From Promethearchaeum syntrophicum (GTDB lineage: Archaea > Asgardarchaeota > Lokiarchaeia > Sigyniarchaeales > Promethearchaeaceae), in the NCBI RefSeq assembly GCF_008000775.2, contig NZ_CP042905.2:3900001-3932000 (forward strand): a stretch of 32,000 nt of DNA, written 5' to 3'. Shown one piece after another: positions 8,865 to 17,437 of the stretch (positions are counted from its first letter, which is position 1; each line of letters opens with the position of its first letter). Made by a program: the position numbers and the translations under genes. Under the pieces are notes generated by a model. It did no database searches, was not told the DNA's origin, and saw only the letters and a program-made list of their open reading frames with translations.

Positions 8865-10142
8865 ATGGAAGAATTTCGGTCAAATAATCATCCAACTAAG
8901 GATATCAAGGGTTCAAAAAGTTCAAAATTAGCAGGTAAAACGATTTGTCTTTGCTTGACGGGAAGTGTAAGCATAATGGATTCACCACATGTTGCTAGAA
9001 ATTTAATTAGACATGGTGCAGAGGTGATTACGGTTATGTCTCAGGAGGCAATGAGATTACTCCAACCTACTTTGTTAGAATGGAGTACGGGGAATCCGGT
9101 GATTACTGAAATTTCGGGAAAAATTGAACATGTCTCTCTAGCAGGTGAGCGAGAAGGAAAGAAAGGTTTTGCAGATCTAATTTTAATTTGTCCTGCTACA
9201 GCCAATACAATCGGAAAAATTGCTTCTGGGATTAGTGATACGCCAGTGACTGCAATTTCAATGGTTGCCCTTGGAAGTAAAATTACTCCATTAATCATAG
9301 TCCCATCCATGCATTTATCAATGTTTCAAAATCCTTTTGTCCAAAAAAATATAAGAACCTTAGAGAAAATGGATGTTAAATTCCTTAATCCTCGAATTGA
9401 AGAAAGTAAAGCAAAGATTGCTACAGTTGATGACGTCTCTTCATATGTATTAAATTATTTTACTAGGAAGAAAGACTTAAAGGGGAAAAAATTCTTAATA
9501 ACTGCCGGTCCGAGTCGAGAATGGATAGATAATATTAGATTTTTATCAAACCCATCTAGTGGTAAAACTGGAATAGCGTATGCTAAGGAAATTATAGAAC
9601 GTGGAGGAGAAGTAACCATAATTTATGGTCCTGGAACTGAACCCACACCTATTGGGGCTGAAATTATTCATGTTAATGACGCAATAGATTTTAGTGAAGC
9701 ATTAAATGACACATTGGTAAATAATCGATTTGATGTATTAATTTCTACAGCAGCGATTGCGGATTTTACTCCAAAAAATAAAAAAATTGAAGGAAAAATT
9801 TCATCGGATAAGAAAGATCTTCTATTAAATTTAGTTTCAACTCCAAAATTAATAAATCTGGCAAGATCATTATCTGAAAAGTTATTTATTATTGCATATA
9901 AAGCCGAAAATAATTTGGTCAAAGAAATTTTGATAGAAAAAGCCTATAATCGATTAAAATCTGCAAATGTGGATTTAATTATCGCAAATAATATTAGTCC
10001 AAGCAATAAAAATATAGGTTTTAACAGCGATACTAATGAAGTCTTCGTTATTGATAAAGATAAGAATGTGCATCATTTAAAATTGGCTTCAAAACAAGAT
10101 ATTGCCTCTAAAATTTTAGATTTATTGCTTGAAAGGATATAA
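8865..10142 (+). CDS. coaBC: Bifunctional phosphopantothenoylcysteine decarboxylase / phosphopantothenate-cysteine ligase
   Basis: N-terminal flavoprotein half: ICLCLTGSVS, PATANTIGKIASGISDTPVT. C-terminal CoaB half: ITAGPSREWIDNIRFLSNPSSGKTG, AAIADFTP. Confidence 0.9.
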   Translation: MEEFRSNNHPTKDIKGSKSSKLAGKTICLCLTGSVSIMDSPHVARNLIRHGAEVITVMSQEAMRLLQPTLLEWSTGNPVITEISGKIEHVSLAGEREGKKGFADLILICPATANTIGKIASGISDTPVTAISMVALGSKITPLIIVPSMHLSMFQNPFVQKNIRTLEKMDVKFLNPRIEESKAKIATVDDVSSYVLNYFTRKKDLKGKKFLITAGPSREWIDNIRFLSNPSSGKTGIAYAKEIIERGGEVTIIYGPGTEPTPIGAEIIHVNDAIDFSEALNDTLVNNRFDVLISTAAIADFTPKNKKIEGKISSDKKDLLLNLVSTPKLINLARSLSEKLFIIAYKAENNLVKEILIEKAYNRLKSANVDLIIANNISPSNKNIGFNSDTNEVFVIDKDKNVHHLKLASKQDIASKILDLLLERI

Positions 10143-10147
10143 ATTCC

Positions 10148-10156
10148 TTTTTTTTT
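10148..10156 (+). terminator. Oligo-T tract (T9) after coaBC
   Basis: The TAA at 10140-10142 is followed by attcc + T9. Confidence 0.4.
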
Positions 10157-10288
10157 ATATCATTTAATGTAATTGAGAATATTTATTGTAAAGATTCCTA
10201 AATTTCGCCGACAATATAAAGTTTATAGAGGAAGACAGCTAACTATCAAATGGTATAAAAAAGGGATAGGTTAAGAGGGGAATTTTAG

Positions 10289-10741
10289 ATGGCATATTTG
10301 GAAGTAACATACCACAATGATGAAATACAGAGAAATAAAGAGTTTAGAGTTATTTCAGTCGAAGAGATATGCGGTAACCACATTAAGGTTAAAAACTTAA
10401 ATATTAGAGAACAAATGAACCATTTAGTGGAGAAAAATCCAAAAACTTATCATTCCTCAAATCGATTTACCGTTATTAGCCCCAATTTAAATGATATAAC
10501 AGTAACCAATGGAAGATCAAATTGGATTCTATTAAAAGGAATAAAATCAACAAGAAAACAAATAAATATTTTGTTATTGGGAAAAATGATTTGGGGAATA
10601 GAAATTTCCAGTGGACTTAGATTAAAAGCAAGCATTGATAAGCATGGAAAGGAGAAAATTGCAGACTATCTTGAAGAGAAAGTACAATCCATTTTCCGCG
10701 AACCAACTGCATGGCAAGAAGTCCAGTTTTTCTATCGATAA
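10289..10741 (+). CDS. Hypothetical protein (150 aa)
   Basis: ATG start preceded by the SD-like agagggg at 10274-10280. No recognisable motif. The composition looks mostly beta-rich. Confidence 0.5.
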   Translation: MAYLEVTYHNDEIQRNKEFRVISVEEICGNHIKVKNLNIREQMNHLVEKNPKTYHSSNRFTVISPNLNDITVTNGRSNWILLKGIKSTRKQINILLLGKMIWGIEISSGLRLKASIDKHGKEKIADYLEEKVQSIFREPTAWQEVQFFYR

Positions 10742-10820
10742 AAGAGAATTTTTCTTATTTTTTAAATAAATCTGCAAATAATTCACCATAAATTCAAATT
10801 TATCAAAAAATTTCATAAAA

Positions 10821-12272
10821 ATGGTGACCAAAATTCCTCTAGATGATTTTTTAAATGCAATTGATGAAAGGAAAGAATATTTCCTAAAATCTATTAATTT
10901 CAATAAAAAACTAGATCTAGATGAATCAGAAACCTCAAGAGAAATTCTTGATTTCAAAAAAAGCGTTCATATTTACAGCCATTTAGACTCAGATGGTTTA
11001 ACTTCCGCAGCAATTCTTGCCTTAGCTCTAAAAAGAGCAAATATAAGTTATCAATTGTCTGTTTTACCTCAATTAGAGACAAAATACATTGAAGAAATTA
11101 AACAAGAAATTATTTCTTATAATAGATTCATTATTTTTTCAGATTTTGGCACAGGACAACTTGGATATTTGAAAAGGGATCTAGAGACTAATAATTATTT
11201 AATTTTAGATCATCATCAACCAGAAAATCTCCAAGAACAACCTGATATTTTTCATGTAAATCCATATTATTATAATATATCTGGAGAAAGTGAAATTTCT
11301 GCTGCAGGAGTCTGTTATTTATTTGCAAAAGCTTTGAATCCAAAAAACATTGACCTTTCATCTTTAGCTATTATTGGAGCTTTAGGTGATATGCAAAATA
11401 AAGGAGAAAAAGGTACTTTTATCGGAGCTAATAAATCGATTCTCGAAGATGCTATAAAAATTGGAAAAATCACTTTGGAAAGGGATCTCGCCATACCGCG
11501 CAACCAACCCCTGCATATAGCCTTAGCTTATTCTTTACCAGAGAAATTGCCTGCAATTTCTGGTAGTGAACAAAATGCCAAACTTTTCCTAAGTTCTCTT
11601 CAAATAAAAATGGAAAATGAATGGAAAGAGAGAAGAACTCTATTAAATCTCTCTACAAATGAAAGAAAAACGCTCTTGAAAGCATTGATAAATGAAGGAG
11701 GAGGGGGAAAGCTAATGACTAACTATTTCAATTTATCAAATTTTGATCCCGTTTCGGATGCTAAAGAAATGTCAAAACTATTAAATGCTTGTGGACGTTT
11801 AGGATTCTCTTCTTTAGGGATTACTAGCTTAATGGGAGACAAAGAATCACTATTAAAAGCGATTGATAAGAATAAAATTTTTAAAAGAGAAATTTCTATT
11901 GCAATAAGACTAGCGGAAGAAAACATTCGAAATTACGAAAATATCAACACTTTTTATCACAACGATATTAATGAAAAGATTATAGGAACGATTTGTTCAA
12001 TTTTAGTTCATTCTAAAGAAGAATTGAAGAAAAAACCATTAATAGCATTTGCAGATTCTGATGATCATTCCTTAAAAGTTTCCGCAAGAGCCGACCGTGA
12101 ATTGGTAAAAAATGGTTTAAATTTAGGTAAAATTTTAAGAGAAGTTTGTCAAAAAATGGATATTCTTAATCCAGCGGGAGGCCATCCTCCGGCAGCTGGC
12201 GCGAAAATTAAGTCAATGGATTTAAAAACTTTTATTGAAGAAGTTGATAATGCTGTTGGAGAAAAAAACTAA
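10821..12272 (+). CDS. Archaeal RecJ-like DHH/DHHA1 phosphoesterase (GAN/Cdc45-related nuclease)
   Basis: DHH motifs: HLDSDGLTSAA (DxD), FSDFGTG, ILDHHQP (DHH). DHHA1 motif: GGHPPAAGA near the C-terminus. Confidence 0.85.
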   Translation: MVTKIPLDDFLNAIDERKEYFLKSINFNKKLDLDESETSREILDFKKSVHIYSHLDSDGLTSAAILALALKRANISYQLSVLPQLETKYIEEIKQEIISYNRFIIFSDFGTGQLGYLKRDLETNNYLILDHHQPENLQEQPDIFHVNPYYYNISGESEISAAGVCYLFAKALNPKNIDLSSLAIIGALGDMQNKGEKGTFIGANKSILEDAIKIGKITLERDLAIPRNQPLHIALAYSLPEKLPAISGSEQNAKLFLSSLQIKMENEWKERRTLLNLSTNERKTLLKALINEGGGGKLMTNYFNLSNFDPVSDAKEMSKLLNACGRLGFSSLGITSLMGDKESLLKAIDKNKIFKREISIAIRLAEENIRNYENINTFYHNDINEKIIGTICSILVHSKEELKKKPLIAFADSDDHSLKVSARADRELVKNGLNLGKILREVCQKMDILNPAGGHPPAAGAKIKSMDLKTFIEEVDNAVGEKN

Positions 12273-13360
12273 ATATTTATCATTTCATTTTCAAAATTCT
12301 GAACTTCAACAGGATCTATGCCTTTTTCGATTTTAATCTGTTTTTTTATACCGAAATAAGCACAAGTGATTTTTGCAGCGGCAATAATTTCCTCTTTTTT
12401 TAGAGGTTCAGAATCCGGTTGATTACCTATCAACTCTTCTCTATGTTGTTTTACTCTATCCAGTAATTCTGCCATTCTTACTACAACTTTGAATGTTAAT
12501 TGATTAACAATGGCTACCCTTGTAATATTATTTATATCGAAAAATCCTAATGAATTAAATTTCGAGCCCAAATATCCTTTCAAATTAACAGAATTCTTTT
12601 CACATTCAATTTCCAGCCAATCTTCAATTGAAAGATCTCTTCTTAAGAAAATAACTTCCCATTCTATCCCCATTGCTTTTAAAAATGAAAGTACGGGATC
12701 ATTAAGACTTTCTGCCTTTATAATGATGTAAAGTTGCAATCCAGCATATTTCATATTTTTTTGCATATATAATCCTCTTTGCTGCAGACTACTCATCAAT
12801 TTAAGTTCTATATTCGAAATAGTTGGATGCGGTTCCTTAATTTTTGCGTCTATTAAAATAATATTTCCCCTTTCAGGATCAAACACTCGATCACAAATAC
12901 CGATTACACTCTCATTAGCGTTTAAGAAGTTTAACAGACCACTCATTGTTGGTTCAACATCCATCGCGATTAGATCTGTTTCTTCAATAGTAACATAATC
13001 ATTCTCTCCTGAACCGATAGCTAACTTAATCGATAATAGATTGATTTCTTTATTTTCTCCAAAGGATGTTTGAATGGCAATATTAACTGGTTCAATTTCC
13101 TTTTCGATTATTTTAACATCAGCTAGAATTGATTCAAATGGATCAGGCGTTTTAAGATATTGATTAATTATAGGAGCTTCTGAAGGAGATACAGTTAAAT
13201 CGTAATCTCCTAATTCCTTTTTAACAATAAGATATAATCCTCCTTCCCTACGATAGAGAGTTAAAGCAGTGTCTTTATCTATAGTTGCGTGAAATTTTGT
13301 ATGATCTTTTTTTGAATTCCGTTTATTTAATTTTCGTTTCCAGAATCTGTTATTCATCAT
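12269..13360 (-). CDS. Putative PD-(D/E)xK nuclease, NucS/DUF91-like core with unrelated N- and C-terminal regions
   Basis: The core (aa about 150-240, nt 12641-12913) reads VIGICDRVFDPERGNIILIDAKIK...LQQRGLY...LQLYIIIKAESLNDPVLSFLKAMGIEWEVIFL. This gives the motif order D...DxK...QxxxY followed by the hydrophobic strand/helix pattern typical of NucS-type nucleases. The 3' end overlaps the RecJ-like gene by 4 nt (convergent). Confidence 0.4.
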   Translation of the reverse strand: MMNNRFWKRKLNKRNSKKDHTKFHATIDKDTALTLYRREGGLYLIVKKELGDYDLTVSPSEAPIINQYLKTPDPFESILADVKIIEKEIEPVNIAIQTSFGENKEINLLSIKLAIGSGENDYVTIEETDLIAMDVEPTMSGLLNFLNANESVIGICDRVFDPERGNIILIDAKIKEPHPTISNIELKLMSSLQQRGLYMQKNMKYAGLQLYIIIKAESLNDPVLSFLKAMGIEWEVIFLRRDLSIEDWLEIECEKNSVNLKGYLGSKFNSLGFFDINNITRVAIVNQLTFKVVVRMAELLDRVKQHREELIGNQPDSEPLKKEEIIAAAKITCAYFGIKKQIKIEKGIDPVEVQNFENEMINI

Positions 13361-13462
13361 TTAATTTTCTCATTTTATTAAAGTAAATTTTCGTTTTTAT
13401 TCCTATTCCCTCTAGAAAATTATAAAGATAATTATAATGACAATTATAAATGACAATAAAAA
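13361..13462. promoter_or_regulatory. Divergent promoter region between the NucS-like gene and SepSecS
   Basis: A 102-bp AT-rich spacer lies between divergent genes, with several TATA-like strings (e.g. tataaagataattataat). The call is inferred from gene arrangement only. Confidence 0.3.
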
Positions 13463-14842
13463 ATGTGGAAAAAAGAGTTTTTTGATAGTTTAGAAAATTT
13501 GGGTGTTCCGTCTCATATGCTAAAGAGATCTTCAATTGGATTTAAAGAAATTTGGAAGCCAATAATGGAACTTTTTCAACAAAGAAAAATCCCTGAACAT
13601 GGATGGAATGACTTTCAAATTCGACAATTATTGGACATTTTGAGCCATTTAGATTCAGATAAGGATCCTAGATCAATTAGAATCGGTGAACGTGAGGGGA
13701 GAATTTCCTCAGTTATCCTTAATGAAATTTCAGGTGGTTTTTGTCATGGAATTGGTAGGAGTGGGGAATTAACGGCAGCTCAGCCAAAAGCTGCTGGCGC
13801 TTCATTAATGCAAAATCTAACAAATATAATCGTATTATCGCTAATTAAATCATTAGGTTTACCCAATATAAAAACCGCATTAACTATTCCTTTTGGAACG
13901 GGAATGAGTATTGGAATGGCAATGAGAGGGGCATTAAATTATCATAAAATTGATATCCATGAAAAACCCATGGTTTTAATGACTCAAATTGATCATAAAT
14001 CACCCAGAAAAGGGATTGAATACATTGGAGGAATTTTAAAAATTATTCCTGGACGATATGGAAAAAATTATTATTCAAATGAAGGCGTATTTACCAATAT
14101 TGAAGAGATTAAAGAAATATATCATTTAAATTCAAACAAAATTTCTGCCATCATTTCAAGTACATGCTTTTTTGCCCCTAGGGTTCCCGATAATATAAAA
14201 GAAATCGCAAAATTTGCAAAAAAAAATGAAATCATTCACATTATAAACAATGCTTATGGATTGCAAACACCAGCTTTGTTAAAATTAATAAGACAATCTA
14301 TCGATGCTGGAAGAATAGATGCCATAGTACAAAGCACCGATAAAAATTTTTTAACACCAGTAGGAGGAGCAGTGATTACATCGCCTAACACTGATCTTAT
14401 TAAAGAAATTAGCAAATCTTATGCAGGACGTGCTTCAGCAAGTCCTGTTGTTCAGCTTTTAGTATCGTTACTAAGTATGGGAAAACAAGGATATCTTTCT
14501 AGAATAGAATTCCAAAAAGAAAATCGAACATTTTTGGAGGATTCATTATTGGAACTTGCAAACGAATTTAATGAACAAATAATTGAATGCAATAATCCAG
14601 TTTCATGCGCAATGTCTTTAAAAAATATAAAACCGGAAAAAATTCAAGATTTAGGAGGAATTTTATACAATTTGAGGGTTACGGGTCCTCGGATTATTAA
14701 TATTCATAAAGATCCTTTCGGTTCTTGTACAACCGAGATGAAATGGCCTTATGTAGTTATGAATGCAGCAATCGGAGTTGAAAAAAAACACATATTTGAA
14801 GCAGTAGATCGTTTAAAACGGGCTATTAAGCAAGTAAAATAA
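13463..14842 (+). CDS. spcS: O-phosphoseryl-tRNA(Sec) selenium transferase (SepSecS)
   Basis: Near-diagnostic strings shared with archaeal and human SepSecS: IGEREGRI, HGIGRSGELTAAQPKAAGASL, CFFAPRVPD, INNAYGLQ, GRIDAIVQSTDKNFLTPVGGAVI (PLP-Lys in DKNF), YAGRASASP. Confidence 0.9.
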   Translation: MWKKEFFDSLENLGVPSHMLKRSSIGFKEIWKPIMELFQQRKIPEHGWNDFQIRQLLDILSHLDSDKDPRSIRIGEREGRISSVILNEISGGFCHGIGRSGELTAAQPKAAGASLMQNLTNIIVLSLIKSLGLPNIKTALTIPFGTGMSIGMAMRGALNYHKIDIHEKPMVLMTQIDHKSPRKGIEYIGGILKIIPGRYGKNYYSNEGVFTNIEEIKEIYHLNSNKISAIISSTCFFAPRVPDNIKEIAKFAKKNEIIHIINNAYGLQTPALLKLIRQSIDAGRIDAIVQSTDKNFLTPVGGAVITSPNTDLIKEISKSYAGRASASPVVQLLVSLLSMGKQGYLSRIEFQKENRTFLEDSLLELANEFNEQIIECNNPVSCAMSLKNIKPEKIQDLGGILYNLRVTGPRIINIHKDPFGSCTTEMKWPYVVMNAAIGVEKKHIFEAVDRLKRAIKQVK

Positions 14843-14929
14843 TATTTTAAAAAAGTACTAGTGAAAATGAATCCGAAATTTTTTTATTTTGAAAGACCTA
14901 AATTTTATTCATAGTATAGAGGAAAAAAC

Positions 14930-15634
14930 ATGGGATTACTCACAACGTTTTCGGAAATTAATAAAAAATGGCCAAACCAATCTTTTAAAATTCTTTTCGA
15001 TCCATTAACAAAGTTGGAACTTTTTGAATTAGGATATTTTGCGTCTTCTGATATTCCATTTAGATGCTTTTCAATAAAATTGAATCCAGGAGATAATCAT
15101 GATAAAGATGTTGCATTATTATATTCTGCGGCTTCAAAACAATTCATTAGTTTATTAAACAAAGATGATGGGTTGGTTTTAACATTATATGAAAACAATA
15201 AAGATGAAATCTCTCAACATCTTGAATTGATAAAAACAGATTTAGCAAAATTTAAGGATCAATTAACAAGTATGAGAGAGGATTTAAGAGATCAGATTGT
15301 AAAATGTATTTTAGTTGAACGTAAGGTAGATGAAGCAATGCATTTTACACTTTCGAATGAAGTGAATCGAAGAGTATATTTTGCCATTGGAGAATGTAGA
15401 GAGCGTGCCGCCCTAATCCCGATATTTCAAAATTCTAAAGGTGCTGACCTGGTTCAATTAGCTCTTCATAAATGGATGGATTACGTCTTACGGTTGAATC
15501 AAGATGAAAAATTTCCAGAAGAAAAAACGACAGGTTTAATAAAAAACTTCCTACAAATTAAAAAATGGTTGAAAGATCTCATAACAAAACAATTGGCTGG
15601 TATATCGACGGCCAAAGAGGAAATAAATGTTTAA
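14930..15634 (+). CDS. Hypothetical protein (234 aa)
   Basis: ATG start with the SD-like tagagga about 9 nt upstream. The N-terminal roughly 90 aa look mixed alpha/beta and the remainder looks helical. It has no P-loop or other motif I recognise. Confidence 0.55.
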   Translation: MGLLTTFSEINKKWPNQSFKILFDPLTKLELFELGYFASSDIPFRCFSIKLNPGDNHDKDVALLYSAASKQFISLLNKDDGLVLTLYENNKDEISQHLELIKTDLAKFKDQLTSMREDLRDQIVKCILVERKVDEAMHFTLSNEVNRRVYFAIGECRERAALIPIFQNSKGADLVQLALHKWMDYVLRLNQDEKFPEEKTTGLIKNFLQIKKWLKDLITKQLAGISTAKEEINV

Positions 15635-15686
15635 TCCTCCATAATCCCGACCTTCGAGAAAAATCCGTCAAAGGTCATTATTATTA

Positions 15687-15694
15687 TTTTTTTT
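15687..15694 (+). terminator. Oligo-T tract (T8) after the 234-aa ORF
   Basis: The T8 run is preceded by a weak 6-bp inverted repeat, GACCTT (15649-15654) / AAGGTC (15671-15676). Confidence 0.35.
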
Positions 15695-15755
15695 AATTCT
15701 ATTTTTCGATAATAATAAATCATTTTTGAGATGAAAAACTACATAATAATAATCT

Positions 15756-16817
15756 ATGTCAAAAAATGTTCCATTCGAGAAATTTTATCAGATCCCATCT
15801 GCACAACAGTTGTTAGACTACTCATTTTCAAAGGCTTCATCGAAATCCGCATCTTTACCTAAGACTCTTCCAAATTTAGAGAAAGTTAAAAGAAAAGAAA
15901 TGAAGCGGATTGAAAACTCTACGGATATTTTGTCGAAGAAGATCAAAGGAATAATAAAATCAGTTCCAAATTTAGATTCATTACCTGAATTTTATCGTAG
16001 ATTAAGTCACCTTCTTGTAAATAATGATGATTTACGTAAGAATCTGGGAAGATTGAATGGGACTGTCCCAATAATTCAACGTTTAGAAAGGGATTATAAA
16101 AGAAAAGTCACCTATCAAAAAACAGCTAAACAATGTTCAGCAACCCGAGTGGAATTTTTTGGTAGATGCTCTTCAGTTATCCGTAAACAAGCAAAAACAT
16201 TAGAATTCTTAGAGAAATGTAGAATTGATTTAATGCAAGTTCCTAGAGTTGATTTAATCCTACCTTCTGTTGTTGTCGCAGGATATCCGAATGTAGGAAA
16301 ATCAACGTTAGTTGGAAAGATTTCTTCTGCTCAACCTCAAATTTCTGAATATCCTTTCACAACAAAGCAAATTTACTTAGGAATTTATTATGATCAATAT
16401 GGATCTCGCTATTTTCAAGTAATAGATACCCCAGGAATATTAGATCGTCCTATGTCTCAACGGAATCAAATAGAGAAACAAGCAATTTTAGCACTAAATA
16501 CGATTGCTACAGTAATTATTTTTGTTTTTGATCCTACAGCTGCATCAGGATATGATGTTACAAGCCAAATTAAACTTCTTGAAGAAATACAGCAGATTTT
16601 TACAGAAGATTTAGAAATTCCAATCAAAATTATAATTAATAAAATTGATTTTGCATCACAAGATGAAATTAATCTGCTATTAAACAAGTTGACTGAGATG
16701 AAGATGATTAATAATGAAAAAGATGTAATCAGAACTAATGCGAAAGATGGGGAAAATGTTGAAGATATATTAAAATATTTATTAAAATTCTTTAAAAATA
16801 GGGATTTTCGAAGATGA
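15756..16817 (+). CDS. NOG1-family GTP-binding protein (ribosome-biogenesis type GTPase)
   Basis: NOG1-like N-terminal helical region. G1 GYPNVGKST, G2 region YPFTT, G3 DTPG, G4 NKID. Confidence 0.85.
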   Translation: MSKNVPFEKFYQIPSAQQLLDYSFSKASSKSASLPKTLPNLEKVKRKEMKRIENSTDILSKKIKGIIKSVPNLDSLPEFYRRLSHLLVNNDDLRKNLGRLNGTVPIIQRLERDYKRKVTYQKTAKQCSATRVEFFGRCSSVIRKQAKTLEFLEKCRIDLMQVPRVDLILPSVVVAGYPNVGKSTLVGKISSAQPQISEYPFTTKQIYLGIYYDQYGSRYFQVIDTPGILDRPMSQRNQIEKQAILALNTIATVIIFVFDPTAASGYDVTSQIKLLEEIQQIFTEDLEIPIKIIINKIDFASQDEINLLLNKLTEMKMINNEKDVIRTNAKDGENVEDILKYLLKFFKNRDFRR

Positions 16818-17431
16818 AACACGCATATAGAATAGAAACAGAAAGATTAGTTATTAGATGTTATAATCCAAGCGATGCACCATTATTAAAAACAGCAATC
16901 GATGAAAGTTTAGAACACCTGATACCTTGGATGCCTTGGGCAAGTAATGAACCGGAAGAAATTCAAGTAAAAATCGATCGACTTCGAATGTTTAGGGGAG
17001 AATTTGACTTAAATCGGAATTTCGTTTATGGGATTTTTGATCCAGACGAAAAATTCTTAATTGGGGGGTGCGGATTACATCCTCGTATCGGTTTTAATGC
17101 ACTTGAAATTGGGTATTGGATTCATGCAAATCATATTCGAAAAGGATATGGCACAGAAATAGCGGCAGCACTAACAAGAGTAGCATTTGAAGTCGAAAAA
17201 GTCAAAAGAGTGGAGATTCATTGCGATCCAAAAAATATTGGAAGTGCTTCCATTCCAAAAAAATTAGGATATACCCATGAAGCTACATTAAAAAATCGGA
17301 CTTTGAATTATAAAGGAGAATCAATTGATTCCATGATATGGACGATTTTTTACAATGAATTCTTTGAATCAGAGATAAGAAAAAAGAAAATAAAAGCCTA
17401 TGATGCTATTGGAAATATATTTCTACAATAA
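16814..17431 (+). CDS. GNAT N-acetyltransferase, RimJ/RimL-like
   Basis: ETERLVIRCYNPSDAPLL N-terminus. Acetyl-CoA motif HIRKGYGTEIAAAL. The ATG overlaps the NOG1 stop (ATGA at 16814-16817). Confidence 0.8.
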   Translation: MKHAYRIETERLVIRCYNPSDAPLLKTAIDESLEHLIPWMPWASNEPEEIQVKIDRLRMFRGEFDLNRNFVYGIFDPDEKFLIGGCGLHPRIGFNALEIGYWIHANHIRKGYGTEIAAALTRVAFEVEKVKRVEIHCDPKNIGSASIPKKLGYTHEATLKNRTLNYKGESIDSMIWTIFYNEFFESEIRKKKIKAYDAIGNIFLQ

Positions 17432-17437
17432 TTTTTT

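Noticed and set aside
10450-10957. Minus-strand ORFs 10450-10635 and 10622-10957, bridging the 150-aa ORF and the RecJ-like gene
   Set aside because: They are antisense to two plus-strand genes and to their intergenic promoter, with Phe/Leu/Ser/Lys-rich junk-like composition.
13350-13535. 61-aa minus-strand ORF across the NucS-like/SepSecS divergent promoter
   Set aside because: It overlaps the start regions of both real genes and is a chance frame in AT-rich spacer.
14930-15634. The 234-aa ORF downstream of SepSecS as PSTK (O-phosphoseryl-tRNA(Sec) kinase)
   Set aside because: The size is similar, but there is no Walker A/P-loop (GxxxxGK[ST]) or any other kinase motif anywhere in the sequence.
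16466-16822. 118-aa minus-strand ORF inside the NOG1-like gene
   Set aside because: It is antisense to the G4/G5 region of a well-supported GTPase gene.
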